Source: Eledone cirrhosa
Lineage: Eukaryota
DNA: 64,000 nucleotides
Reading direction: 5' to 3'
Assembly (NCBI GenBank): GCA_964016885.1
Contig: OZ024753.1
Span: forward strand, 18,848,001 to 18,912,000
Part shown: in pieces, positions 14,913 to 28,978 of the stretch
Layout of the letters: the number at the start of each line of letters is the position of its first letter
How positions within the stretch are numbered: position 1 is the stretch's first letter
Made by a program: the position numbers and the translations under genes
Notes under the pieces: generated by a model
What the model was told of the DNA's origin: nothing
Database searches by the model: none
The model's input: the letters and a program-made list of their open reading frames with translations, nothing else

Positions 14913-15114
14913 TATATATATATGTATATATATGTATATAATAGTTTGTCTGTAGTCAGTAACAAAAATCGACAATATATATATATGTGTGTGTGTGTAT
15001 GCATATGCGTGTATTTGCATGTAAGTAAGTATGTAAAAAATAAACGAACAACAAAGCAAACGGCACAGTTCATTTATGAAATATATTACTTTAACGTATT
15101 AAATTGCAGGAAAA

Positions 15115-15154
15115 GATTCGAAACGTTTCGGACACTAATCTTTCATCAGAAATG
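15115..15154 (-). ncRNA. Minimal hammerhead-like motif (related copy at 63884-63918)
   Basis: rc: attt-CTGATGA-aagattagtgtcc-GAAA-cgtt-TC-gaat. Confidence 0.6.
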
Positions 15155-15679
15155 TTAGAAATATATCATAAAATAGAAAGATAACGATACACAGGGGAAC
15201 GTGATAAAAAGGCGGGCTTGAACATATGTGCGTATTCAGTCAGCCATCTACATGTGTATGTAAGAGGTCTGTCCTATTAAGTGGAATATGTATTATACAA
15301 TACATAGATATATCTTATTGTATTATTTCTCCAATGTTTTAACAGGAAAATTCAGTTGCAGAGTGATATCATAATTGTATATGAAAGTATAGTTGGAACC
15401 ATGTGCTAGTGATTTAGAATGCAGTTTTTATTTAATATGATCAGTTCAGTTACACGTATTTGCTCCGAAATTAGAATTAATATTATAAAAAAGGGCTGCG
15501 GGTTCGAATACGACCCACAAATCCTACTGTACGATTTGAACTGGGAAGGCATTTACTATTCCACCAATTTGACACCATGCACTGTGTCGTTTTATGTCGA
15601 TCCCTGGAAGAAGGAACAGCTAAGTTATTCTTGGCAGGATTTAAATTCGGTACATATAGGCATGAAATTACGCACTGAA

Positions 15680-16135
15680 AATAATTTTGTTTGGTGTCTT
15701 GACGATTTTGTTTGGTGTCTTAACGATTTTGTTTGGTGTCTTAACGATTTTGTTTGGTTTCTTAACAAATTTGTTTGGCGTCTTAACGATTTTGTTTGGT
15801 GTCTTAACGATTTTGTTTGGTGTCTTAACGATTTTGTTTGGTGTCTTAACGATTTTGTTTGGTGTTTTAACCATTGTGTTTGGTCTCAAAAACAATTTTG
15901 TTTGGTGTCTTAACGATTTTGTTAGGTGTCTTAACGATTTTGTTTGGTGTCTTAACAATTTTGTTAGATGTCTTAACAATTTTGTTTGGTGTCAAAAACA
16001 ATTTTGTTTGGTGTCTTAACGATTTTGATAGGTGTCTTAACAATTGTGTTTGGTGTCAAAAACAATTTTGTTTGGTGTCTTAACGATTTTGTTAGGTGTC
16101 TTAACAATTTTGTTTGGTTTCTTAACAATTTTGCT
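15680..16135. repeat. 21-bp minisatellite (aacgattttgtttggtgtctt), ~21 copies
   Basis: Direct tandem units; explains the spurious repetitive ORFs. Confidence 0.95.
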
Positions 16136-17213
16136 AAAACCCACACCCACCGCGGAATACCCGAATTAATAATTCTAAGTAAAAGATTTGGGGCAAATAA
16201 CTTTGCGCCTATTTTAGCTGTATCTTTGTATAGCTTCTTTTCCCTTCGTCCATTAGTATTAGCCATACAATTGGAGAAAAGACTACTCATATTTCAGAAT
16301 CGGGTATAAAAATAGATGGAGATTGGAGTAATTGTAACAAAAAGCTCTCGAGGATCACAGAACAAACTGACCCAATGGCTATATGATGCGTGTTCTGTTG
16401 TCGTATAGTATACTAAATGGTATAAAATACCTCATTTGAAACCAACAAATTAGTATAAATCAATATGATGCTGACTTGTTTGCTCCGAGGTCACAGCTTG
16501 TCAGTTTCGTGGAAAACTATATCGTAATAATACACATTAATTAAAATGTAATCTCAATGACACTGTTCTCGCAGAAATCATGAAACACCGAACTAAATGA
16601 ATTATAACATTCTATTTCACGCCTTCTTTACATTCGGAGTTCAACGTGATTCCCTTTTTTATTTCAATGGACGCCGAAAATTAACTACCAACAATAAAAT
16701 ACTCATTTGACAGTCAACTTTCTCCACTTTTTATTGTTTTATTTTACTGCTTAAAGCAGATGGAACATGAACATATTTCATTCGTAATTTGAGAAATGAT
16801 GGCGTATTTAAGCCAATTAATTCTTACGAGAGGTCATCCTGCTGTAGCCTTAACGTGATATTGTTTTTCGTTGACAGGAGGTGAGACCTGCACTGAGAGC
16901 AGAGTCCAGAGGACGGAACTAAAAGAGCATTTAATCCGAATCTCTAATCCTTATGTTCACAGAAAATCACCACATAACTCAATGGAATTTGCAGTTGGTA
17001 CATTGGACAGATAATATATATAATCAACAGTTTCGTGCCCGTAAAGACCAACCGGCAGAAGACTCAGGCTTAGATTTCAAACAAGGGGCCAGGATAATAT
17101 CCATTAGCTCGGGTGGTCTCTTTTGGGGATCCAGGCGGAAACATTAGACATGGTTGCTTCTTACAGGACCTGCTGGAAGGAGTGTCTGGTGATACTGCTT
17201 ACATGACCTTGCC

Positions 17214-17465
17214 AAGAAGAAGAAGAAGAAGAAGAAAAGAAGAAGAAAAGAAAAGAAGAATAGAAAAGAAGAAGAAAAGAAGAAAAGAAGAAGAAAAAGA
17301 AGAAGAAAAAGAAGAAGAAAAAGAAGAAGAAGAATAAGAAGAAGAAGAAAAAGAACAAGAAGAAAAATAAGAAGAAAAAGAAGAAAAAGAAAAAGAAGAA
17401 GAAAAGAAGAAAAAAGAAGAAAAAAGAAGAAAAAGAAAAAGAAAAAGAAAAAGAAAAAGAAAAAG
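17214..17465. repeat. (GAA)n/(GAAAAA)n polypurine tract
   Basis: Direct reading. Confidence 0.95.
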
Positions 17466-17777
17466 CGAGAAACAGACTGTCTGTCAGCCGTTCTCTGTTG
17501 TTTTTGTCGAGAATAAGTAAGTGACATAATCACTACTTTAAACCTCATAGCGGATGGACTTGTAAATGTTTTTAGAAGAAGAAGAAAGTTATGGTGTGTT
17601 GAGCAGCAACGTTATACGACCTATTACACTGTTTAATGATTATGGACAGTTAATAATCCTAACACACAGCATAATAGTCTATGGAGCAAGTCTAAAACAA
17701 AATAATATTAACATCAGCAAATTAATATATGTAGTCTATATAAAATTGTAAAATAGAATATCGTTAAAATTAGTAAT

Positions 17778-17955
17778 ACTTGTTTCTACTGTGGGCACAA
17801 GGCCAGAAATTACCAGTGCATTACTGGTACTTTATTTTATCTACCCCGTAAGGATGAAAGGCAAAGTCAACCTCGGCGGGATTTGAACTCAGATCGTAAA
17901 GGGACGTAACTATGCTTGAAAGCATGGCGTCCGACCCTCTACCGATACTGCCAAT
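17778..17955 (-). mobile_element. tRNA-derived SINE with Deu/Nin-like central domain (octopus OK-like)
   Basis: rc has box A TGGCAGTATCGG, box B GAGTTCAAATCC, core gactttgcctttcatccttacggggtagataaaataaagtaccag. Confidence 0.85.
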
Positions 17956-18194
17956 AATACTGCATTGTAGAAAGCTGAACACAAGAAACCTAATTAATAT
18001 AGTCATTATATTTTAAACGAAAATCTGGACATATGTAATCAGTTTGTGAATTGTTATAATTAAATTCAGCATAATATTATACACGTTGATATACGTTAAA
18101 TAATTAATAATTAAGGTTTTATAAACAACCTGAAAAATAAAATATTAATGCATCTACATATATTTATCCATCCAACTATCACAGTCCCTGTCTC

Positions 18195-18244
18195 TCTCAT
18201 ATATATATATATTATATATATATATATTATATATACATATATAT

Positions 18245-18307
<63 letters not shown>

Positions 18308-18375
18308 ATATATTATATATGCATATATATTATATATACATATAATATATATATATATATATTATATATATACAT

Positions 18376-18472
<97 letters not shown>

Positions 18473-18550
18473 TATATATATATATAATATATAAAAATAT
18501 ATATTATATATACATATATACTCTATATGTATATATATTATATATATATA

Positions 18551-18645
<95 letters not shown>

Positions 18646-18672
18646 ATTATATATATATATAAATTATATATA
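18195..18672. repeat. Long (TA)n-derived microsatellite
   Basis: Direct reading. Confidence 0.95.
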
Positions 18673-19888
18673 CTTAGGGTAAACATTGATGCAAATTAAA
18701 TCAAGCACTCAACGTACTTATTCCACATAGGAGTGACGGAGTAAATATCGAATAAGGAAAAGCGAAGTAGTTTCAGATGTTCTAGTCCTTTGACCGATAT
18801 GGTGGAGAAGAGAGGAACCAACCATGAGCTACCCATGGAAATCCCTCTACCATGGGATGGAAACCCCTGACACTGGACGGACATAATAATAACTTTGGCA
18901 GGATAAATATGAAGAAACAAAGATAAACCCCTATTTTTCTGCACCAAATCGCATTTGAACAGAAGCCCTCTCAATTCAACCTATACATGGACAAATTGAC
19001 AATAATATGGATCATGTTGCATATATGTACTCTGTGTTTTTGCATTCATTCATTCATTTATTCACTCATTCACTCATTCATTCATTGGTTCTTTTCTTTT
19101 GTGAACTTTATATATGTTTTTGTTGATTTTGTTCCACGTGATGGAAAGTACGATTATGTACCCAATTGACTACTACCCGTAATACTGTAATTTACCCTCA
19201 GTTGTACTGTACGGCACCATCGTTAAGTATGTAGATAGTGTAACTGTCACATTAGAACCCCTTTCAGAACTTCTTACTTAAACATCTCTTTGCATAGTAT
19301 TTACTCACTTCAATCTATAACCTTTTTACTCACCTCAATCCGGATTCTCACTTGAAAAATCTTTAATTGTTTAATTTCTAATTGTTAATTTTTTAATTTA
19401 TAATTTCTAATACTTGATTTAGGATTTTCGATTTTAATTGTAATTTTTAATCCTAATTTCACTTATAACTTCCAATATGAAACTATGATACATAGAATTA
19501 AATCTATACTCTTAGAGGTGATGGTCAGTTATACTGTCCATGATTAGTGAGAGGTAGTAAAGAGAACTGTAAATACTAACACACTCCCATCCTCACTGAC
19601 TTTCGGCTGTATCCCACAGAAGGGATGGGTAGCAGTAAACTGCGGTAGCTAATGGTCATCTCCCCACTGCACCTCCGCCTGCGCAGACCGGTCGGGGTGA
19701 ATTGGTACTCACAGGGGAACGGACGAAGAACCCAAAATCACACACTTCGTTCGTTCCCATGTCGATTCAATTTGAATTGCTTCGGAAACATAACCTTATT
19801 ATGTAACAAGCTGTCTGACGATGTCGCGAGACTGGCCCACAGAACAGTGTAGCCACTTTCGCCATTGAAATATATATCACAGCATTGT

Positions 19889-20260
19889 GGATTGGCAGTA
19901 TCGGTAGAGGGTCGGACGCCATGCTTTCCAACATAGTTACGTCCCTTTATGATCTGAGTTCAAATCCCGCCGAGGTTGACTTTACCTTTCATCCTTACGG
20001 GGTCGATAAAATACAGTACCAGTAATGAACTGGTAATTGCTGCCCTTGTGCCTAACGTAGAAACAATTATTTGGATTGGCAGTATCGGTAGAGGGCCGGA
20101 CGCCTTGCTTTGAAGCATAGAGATACCTCCCTTTATGATCTGAGTTCAAATCCCGCCGAGGTTAACTTTGCATTTCATCCTTATGTGGTCGATAAAATAA
20201 AGTACCAGTAATACACTGGTTAATTTGCTGGCCTTGTGCCTAAAGTAGAAACAATTATTA
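19889..20260 (+). mobile_element. Two head-to-tail copies of the tRNA/Deu-domain SINE (19889-20070, 20072-20260)
   Basis: Each: ggattggcagtatcggtag...gagttcaaatcccgccgagg...ccttgtgccta..gtagaaacaattatt. Confidence 0.88.
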
Positions 20261-20300
20261 TTAAAGGACTTGAACATCTGAAACTACTTCGCTTTTCCTT

Positions 20301-20350
<50 letters not shown>

Positions 20351-20865
20351 GTGTAAATATGATAATAATGATGGCTGCGCGTTGCAAATGGGGTGCATAT
20401 GAAAAAGTAAGTCCTTCATCAGTGACCCTCCAACCGTCCCAGGCATTTCATCGCTTTAAGGGCCATATACCTCAGGTTGGTGTGAACAACGGCTAAAAAA
20501 GTCGTTGGGACACGTAAATAAAGGGGACGTTAGGGTAACAAACAAAATGGTTTAAGCAACGGAAAGTGAGAAGAAATAGACAAGTCCCAGATCTCTATGA
20601 ATATAAACTCGGTGAAATCTGTGTCTTTTATATCGGTAATCTAACTTACTCGGTCCTCAATGTTGCCATTGACTGACCGACGGTCAAATATAATACAGAT
20701 ACAGATACGGTCAGTCAATGGCAACATTTAATAAATATAGTTTCCATTTATTAATACTGTATATCTACTCCAAATATTTGTCGAGTGCTTTATATCAGTT
20801 ATAATAATATTTGCTTGTTTTATCCCAACAATTTAAATGAACTTCTGCATATATATAAATTATAT

Positions 20866-21028
20866 ATATTTATTAAAATAACAGATTAAAGTTTAAGTAA
20901 AGAATCGCTGCGTTAACCCTTAACGGGATCTGCGTTTACAGATTGACTTTGTTAGTTTCAGAAGATCCCGTTAAGGGTGAAAGCAGCGATTCTTTGCTTA
21001 TACTTTAATCTGTTATTTTAATAAATAT
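20866..21028. repeat. Fold-back palindrome (~65 bp arms) next to (TA)n
   Basis: atatttattaaaataacagattaaag...aacgggatct / agatcccgtt...ctttaatctgttattttaataaatat. Confidence 0.85.
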
Positions 21029-21178
21029 TTGCTCTACGGTTCTTATATATTTGATATATATTCATCCTTATCGAGCCCTCTTTGAATTTTAGTCTTCAAA
21101 TTTATTATTATTACTATATATATTATATATATATATTATATATATTATATATAATATATATATATATATATTATATAT

Positions 21179-22054
21179 TAGAAAGATTTGAATGGATACA
21201 GTTTAGTTGAAAGGAATTTATTGACACGTGTTTCTATAACAGTTACATAACCTGAAAACAGCTGCTATCTACAAAGTTTTAGTTATGCAGACATTCAATA
21301 TTTCAATGTTATTATTTACTGTCATTTCATCAGAATAATATTACTGAGGACCTATTTAGTTTTTATAGAGAATATTAGGAGGGAGGGGTGAAGTTGTTAG
21401 AAGAATAGTTGAAGGAGTGGTTTTTCGATAGCAGTGAGAATTCTTGGTGGCAGTGAGTAATTAGATTCCCATCTGTTGTTTTGACATTTTTTATAGAATA
21501 TATCATTGGTTATTTTTCTAAATCTATAGAAGGATTAGAGATAGTAAAGATATGCGTGGCTGGTTTTGTGTTTGCACTTAATTAACATTCAGACTTAAAT
21601 TTTTCTTTTAAGTGTACGTATCCTGAAAGAAAATTTTAAGTCTGAATGTTAATTAAGTGCAAACACAAAACCAACCACGCATATCTTTACTATCTCTAAT
21701 CCTTCTATAGATTTAGAAAAATAACCAATAATATATTCTATAAAAAATGTCAAAACAACAGATGGGAATCTAATTACTCACTGCCACCAAGAATTCTCAC
21801 TGCTATCGGAAAACCACTCCTTCAACTATTCTTCTAACAACTCCCCCCCCCCTCCTAATATTCTCTATAAAAACTAAATAGGTCCTCAGTAATATTATTC
21901 TGATGAAATGACAGTAAATAATAACATTGAAATATTGAATGTCTGCATAACTAAAACTTTGTAGATTGCAGCTGTTTTCAGGTTATGTAACTGTTATAGA
22001 AACACGTGTCAATAAATTCCTTTCAACTAAACTGTATCCATTCAAATCTTTCTA
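21179..22054. mobile_element. ~875 bp near-perfect palindrome; PLE 3'-end fold-back with a hammerhead in each arm
   Basis: Arms ~430 bp, spacer ~15 nt at ~21612-21625; flanked by TA-rich tracts. Confidence 0.9.
21895..22015 (+). ncRNA. Type I hammerhead with long stem II (mirror copy 21218-21340, - strand)
   Basis: tatt-CTGATGA-aatgacagt...actgttata-GAAA-cacgtg-TC-aata; GUC triplet; palindromic stem III. Confidence 0.85.
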
Positions 22055-22949
22055 TTTTTCTCCGGATTACTTTTGGAACTACAACTGGAACCGTCGAGCA
22101 AACTCTACGTGAGCTGATAATCTACTGTGTGTAATATTTATATTAATACACAACGGAAAATACTGTATATATTATATATTATATATATATATATTACACT
22201 CTGTGTTTGTAAACAAACACCCAGAATTAAGCCGTACAGTGTCTAGCAACCATTTTTGTTCAATTGTTCAACATTGTCAGTGTTGAATAAATGAGCAACG
22301 ATGGTTGCTAGACACCACGGGTTAATACGGGATGTTTGTTTATAAACACACCGAGCATTATAATAAATGTTCGCTGAATCCATACTTACATATATATATG
22401 TGTGCATGTATGTATATATATATACATACTACTGTACGTCTGTATACATATATGTATGTACGTGTACGTACTTATATTTAAGTAAGAGCCGTACTAAGAG
22501 TGGGAAATGAAATTTCTTTTCATTTTTTCGTTATCGTTTTCGGTGCACCCGGCCGATTAACTCACTCGATATGTAAATTGGGCTACTCAGCCGTTAATAT
22601 GCATAAGGTAAGTATATATGTTCAACAATCTGGCAGGAGGGTATACGTTGCTGACGATAGTTAATAAGCTTTAAACTAGTACAGCGTTCCTTTGCCAGTG
22701 TTGAACAAACGAGCAACGATGGTTGCTAGACACTACAACTTAATACGGGATGTTTGTTTACAAACACACCGAGCAGTATAATAAATGTTCGGTGAATCCA
22801 TACGTAGATATATATATGTGTGCATGTATGTATATATATATACATACTACTGTACGTCTGTATACATATATGTATGTACGTGTACATACTTATATTAAAT
22901 AACAGCCGTGCTAAGAGTGGGAAAATAAATTTCGTTTCATTTTTTCCGT

Positions 22950-23020
22950 TTATATATATATACATTTATATATACGTATATATACGTATATTTATATATA
23001 TACGTATATATATATATACG

Positions 23021-23082
<62 letters not shown>

Positions 23083-23414
23083 TACGTATATTTATATATA
23101 TACGTATATATATAATATATATATATACGTATATTTATATATATACGTATATATATATATATGTATATTTATATATATATACGTATATATATATATATAT
23201 AAATATATATACATATATATATATATACGTATATATGTATGTATATATATATATATACGTATATATGTATGTATATATATATATATATATATACATATAT
23301 ATACATATATATATATACATATATATACATATATATATATATAAATATATATATACATATATATACATATATATATATACATATATGTACATATATATAT
23401 ATACACATATATAC

Positions 23415-23447
<33 letters not shown>

Positions 23448-23946
23448 GATATATATATATATATATACATATATTTATATATATACGTATATATATATAT
23501 ATATACATATATATACATATATATACATATATATATATATACATACATATACATATATATATATATATATATACGTATATATATATATTTACATATATAT
23601 ATATATATATAAATACATATACATATATATATATATATATACATATATATATACATATATATATATATACATATATATATATACATATATATATACATAT
23701 ATATATATACACATATATACATATATATACATATATATACATATATACACATATATATATATACATATATATATACATATATATACATATATATATATAC
23801 ATATATATACATATATATACATATACATATATATGCATATATATATATACATATATATACACATATATATACATATATATACATATATATACATATATAC
23901 ATATATATACATATATATACATATATACATATATATACATATATAC
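22950..23946. repeat. ~1 kb (TA)n/(TACA)n microsatellite
   Basis: Direct reading. Confidence 0.97.
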
Positions 23947-24870
23947 ATTTTCAACCAGGTTTGATGGTCTTTATTCTCTCGTTCACGATTCCATATTCAT
24001 AGAAATCTGGGACTTGTTTCCTTCTTCCTCTCTTTCTGCTGCTTAAACCATTTTGTTTGTTTACCCTAGTGTCCCCTTTATTTACGTGTCCCAACGACTT
24101 TTTTATAGCCGTTGCTCGCACCAACCTGAGGTATATGGCATTTAATGCGACGAAATGCCTACGACGGTTGGATGGCCACTGCTGAGGACAAACTTTTTCA
24201 TATGTAACCCATTTGCAGCGATGCAGCTCCATTTTTATCATATTTACACATATATTTTTTCCTCCGCTGCCACCAGTCTGTTTCGTTCTTTGTGTCTTTA
24301 CCCTTTCGAGCAGTCTCTCTCTGTTAGCCTCTTCCTCACCTTTCACTCACTCACTCACTCTCTGTCACTACCTCTCCTCCTCCCCTTTCTTCCCGTTTGA
24401 CCTGTCCACAATCCTTTTCTCGCGGGCACTTGGCCAAGCCGGTATGAATTTCTTTTCTCTCTCTCTCTCGTCTGCGACTTCACAGAACTTATGTTTACCG
24501 AATTCGCAGACCAGACCCCTTCTTCCTCCCGTTAGACCTGTGCGAAATTCCTTCCTTGCTCACATTTCAACCAGGTTTGATGGTCTTTGATCTCTCGTTC
24601 ACGATTCCACCGAATTTATATTCATAGAAATCTGGGACTTGTTTCCTTCTTCCTCTCTTTCTACTGCTTAAACCATTTTGTTTGTTTACCCTAGCGTCCC
24701 CTTTATTTACGTGTCCCAACGACTTTTTTTTAGCCGTTGCTCGCACCAACCTGAGGTATATGACCTTTACTGCGACAAAATGCCTACGACGGTTGGATGG
24801 CCACTGATGAGGACAAACTTTTTCATATATAACCCATTTGCAGCGCCGCAGCTCCATTCTTATCATATTT

Positions 24871-24878
<8 letters not shown>
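23946..24878. mobile_element. Non-coding unit with ~305 bp direct repeats (23946-24253, 24563-24878) around a ~310 bp core, inside (TA)n
   Basis: catttt/catttcaaccaggtttgatggtc...tatcatatttacaca occurs twice; third inverted copy at 20349-20615. Confidence 0.7.
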
Positions 24879-24936
<58 letters not shown>

Positions 24937-25789
24937 GCTGCCAACTCGTTTTCGAGTATGGCCACTACTTTATATCCATGTAGGAGAACCCCTACCGATG
25001 CGCTGTACGAGTGTGACTTGTTAGTCCAGCCAGCGACTTGAACACTCTGGTACAAACACTACATTTGTGACAATTATTGACACATAGTGCTGGGCCCATG
25101 GAACCATGTGATGACAAGTGCAGAGAGATCTCCAGATATAAAGCAATGCCTGTGCCGTGAAGCTTTTATAGTGATCAAAGGCACTGCACAAAGCCAGTCC
25201 CACTCTCTTAACCAAGATGATATTTACCAAAAAGAAGAACAAGTCAACATCATTGGATACCATCAGGGTTGCAGGTGTTATATCAGAGTTTTCCTTCTCC
25301 TAGAATTCTGCCTTGACAAAGGCTAAGGGGTCATCTCTCCCGGTGATTTTGGATGGTCATTGAAACTTAAGAGCACCTTGCCCTTTGAAAGGTTTTGTTT
25401 TTAATCCCGCAGGATGTCCAAGTCACCCTCCTCACCACGAAACCTTGAGACGGTTGTACTGGGATACATGTCACTAGTAACTTATAATTATCGAGTTGTT
25501 CACAGCAATTTAACTTATTAGTTACAAGTAGAAATGGGGCTACATGAGTAAGTTGGGTCAAAAACTCTATTGACGAAGGAATTATCCCTTCGATGTTGAC
25601 AGCCAGATTCGCCGGAATTTTAGCAGTAACAGCACTTATACAGGGAACTTTAATGGTGTCAGCGGCTTGCTCCCCACTCCAAGTAGCAAACTAAAAATCA
25701 ACCCTAGAATAGGAATGAGAAATGGGATGACACATAACAAATCCCCAGGTAATAATAACCCTAGGAAGGCCCCTACCAACTCCACTAAA

Positions 25790-26600
25790 ACCCCTAGAAA
25801 GAATAGACCTAGAAATATCGCCTGGCTCAACCCACCGTTCTCATCTAATGTAGCCACTAATATCCCCAAACGCTTCTTCTCTATCCTATCCAAACACTCC
25901 CTCCCCCCCAACCATAGATATTACAAACTCTTTAATAAAAACAACATTAAAATCTCATTCTCCACAACACCTAACCTAGCTAGCCACATCGAGTTCAGTC
26001 ACCATCATAAGCTAAGACAGTATAACTCTCACACCGCGGTACCACCACCCCTATCAAATATACCGCTCCACTACACCAATAATTACTCTAGTAGCACACC
26101 TCCCCCATCTAATCCTTCTAGCATGGACCAACCGCTTAGGTTAAACAACCCTACTCTCACTAACCGCAGAAGCAACTGCAACTGCCGTTACCCCAATGGA
26201 TGCCCATTTAATGGGCACAGCCTGACATCCAACATAGTCTATAGGTGTACGGTTGAGACTGCTTCGAATACCAGCTCTTATATCGGGTCTACCTCTAACC
26301 CTTTTAAGGTACGCTATAACGCGCATTCTTTTTCCTTCCGAGATTCTAGCAACAGATTTCGACATCGCTAACTAGGCTCATTAAAAACCTCAAATTAAAC
26401 AACGTTCAACACTCACTAAAATGGGATATCGTAGCTACGGCCCAACCCTTCAATGGACGAAGAAAATCTTGTGATCTCTGTGTTACGGAAGCATATTACA
26501 TAACTCTATCACGACCTCTACCGATTAACGATAGAACGGAGGTAACCATTAGCTGTCAACATCGAAGGGCTAATTCCTTCGCCAATAGAGTTTTTGACTC
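25790..26600 (+). mobile_element. Penelope-like (Naiad-type) RT thumb/linker + GIY-YIG fragment
   Basis: WLNPPFSSNVATNI...KLFNKNNIKISFS...CNCR...CP...IVY...YIGST...FKVRY..H..SF; after a frameshift LKWDIV...CDLCVTEA. Confidence 0.88.
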
Positions 26601-26973
26601 AACTTAGTCATGTAGCCCCATTTCTTCTTGTAGCTAATAAGTTAAATTGCTATGAACCATTCGAAAATTATAACTTACCTCCCCTACATTGTCTCTCAAT
26701 TGAACAATTTAAAAACTAGCACTTAACTATAAATACTCACAATCTCTAATCTCTCGAGTAGTTACTTCCCCTGAAACCAGCCTCTAATTAGTAAGGTAAA
26801 TATGCCCTTTGGCAGCCATCTTGTTACCCATAGGCAGATCTCACACAATGCAGCCTCGACAGATGAATACTGCTTGATTATGGCTGACAGCTGATGCAAC
26901 CAAGACACCATTGTAAAAACCAATATATGGAACATTATATTATGTAACATTATTTTAATTTATATTCCTTTGA

Positions 26974-27094
26974 GTTCCGATGAGCCACTGTGTTTTTTTT
27001 AATATGTTAATTATTTTCAACTGAACCAGATCAATTATGATATATAGTCATCTGATCCAGAAATATTATATGGAGTAGCGAAACAATTGTAAAC
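26974..27094 (+). ncRNA. Degenerate hammerhead downstream of the Naiad-type ORF
   Basis: gtt-CCGATGA-gccac...gtagc-GAAA-caattg-TA-aac; one core substitution. Confidence 0.6.
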
Positions 27095-27401
27095 GGACAT
27101 TATTATTATTAATATTATTATTATAATTCTCTACATTCCTTACATCAAACTAAAATATATTGACAATCTTTTAATAATGTCTTCCTTGTGAAGTTTGTGG
27201 TCTTGTTTTGCTTAACTAATCAATATTTCCAGCTCTGCGCACCTAACTTCTGCATGAACCCAGCCACCTAGCTGCTTTCTACTGCATATTGCACATTGAG
27301 CACATGCCTTTACGCTTTGGCTTCTAACTAACTCACCAATCTCTCCTCTCATATCTCCTCTACTATCTCCATCTCTCTCTTTAAGATTGGTTACTCTTGA
27401 A

Positions 27402-27971
<570 letters not shown>

Positions 27972-28053
27972 GGATAAGTACCACTCTGCAGTTTGTAGGA
28001 CTGGAGTATAAATAATATATAAGATCAAAAGATGGTTAAAAGAGTTCCATGTA

Positions 28054-28120
28054 TTTTATTATGCGCATTTCAAAAACAAATATCATCATGCGATGACATT
28101 TGCGTTTTCGTCAGATAAAA
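28054..28120 (-). ncRNA. Type I hammerhead ribozyme
   Basis: rc: ttttat-CTGACGA-aaac..caaatgtcatc/gatgatatttg..tttt-GAAA-tgcgca-TA-ataaaa. Confidence 0.82.
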
Positions 28121-28770
28121 TAGGGAGACATGATATGAAGTTTAAAAAACACTTGTGAATAGTGCAGTTTTAAATCAACATATGAAAAGTAGTTTTAGAT
28201 ATATGTGTGAGATTGGGAAAGGATGAAAAAGAGGAGGAGATGAGAGTAAAGAATGGAGTGGGTGGAGTATAATAAGGAAGGATGAGATAGGAGGAGAGAT
28301 GGGTGATAGAGAGAGAGAGATAACTTTTATAACTGAGAAAAATATATTGTTTTACAGAGAGAGGTTAAAAAACCGTTGGAAGATAATATATAAATAAAAG
28401 AATTTGAAAATTAACGAAGAGAAAAATTTAAGAATAATATTAAATTAAGGTTTGTATATTGAAGAGTTTAATAATATGTGCAATGAAAAGAAATTGTTAA
28501 TATGTATTAAGAATAATATTAAGTTAAGGTTTGAATATTGAAGGGTTTAATAATATGTGCGAAGGAAAGAAATTGTTGATATGTATTATTTAAAACATAA
28601 AAATAGTAATGTAATTAAAGATATATTGTGAAAAGAAGTAGAAGAGTGGAAGAATTATGAATTTTTATGTAATGTAATATGTATAAGTAGATGGTTAAGC
28701 TTCATTCATGGTACGACCATGACTGAATCTTATCCATCTACTATGTCAGGGTATGTCATGCAATATCCTA

Positions 28771-28833
28771 TTTTATTTGATGAGGACGTACTGTTAAACT
28801 TAACTCAGTACCTCTGAAATATCTATAATAAAA
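28771..28833 (+). ncRNA. Hammerhead with a C-to-T core change
   Basis: ttttat-TTGATGA-ggacgtactg...cagtacctct-GAAA-tatcta-TA-ataaaa; homologous to 10881-10946. Confidence 0.7.
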
Positions 28834-28978
28834 TATAATTGATCACAAGAATATCTATTTTGTTAATATTTTGAATTAATATGAATAACTGTGGAAAACT
28901 TTTTTTAAAAACTGTTGAGTGCTTCAAATCTATTGTAAAACTCATTCTTTGATGTATTCATTGAACCTTGTTTAACTT

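Noticed and set aside
15419-16309. Repetitive ORFs or a CRISPR-like array
   Set aside because: Pure 21-bp tandem repeat without spacers; eukaryotic context
19889-19972. tRNA gene
   Set aside because: A/B boxes belong to a SINE head; no cloverleaf or acceptor stem
24935-25345. Possible very degenerate GIY-YIG remnant (REAFIV...SLNQD)
   Set aside because: Too few motifs to support
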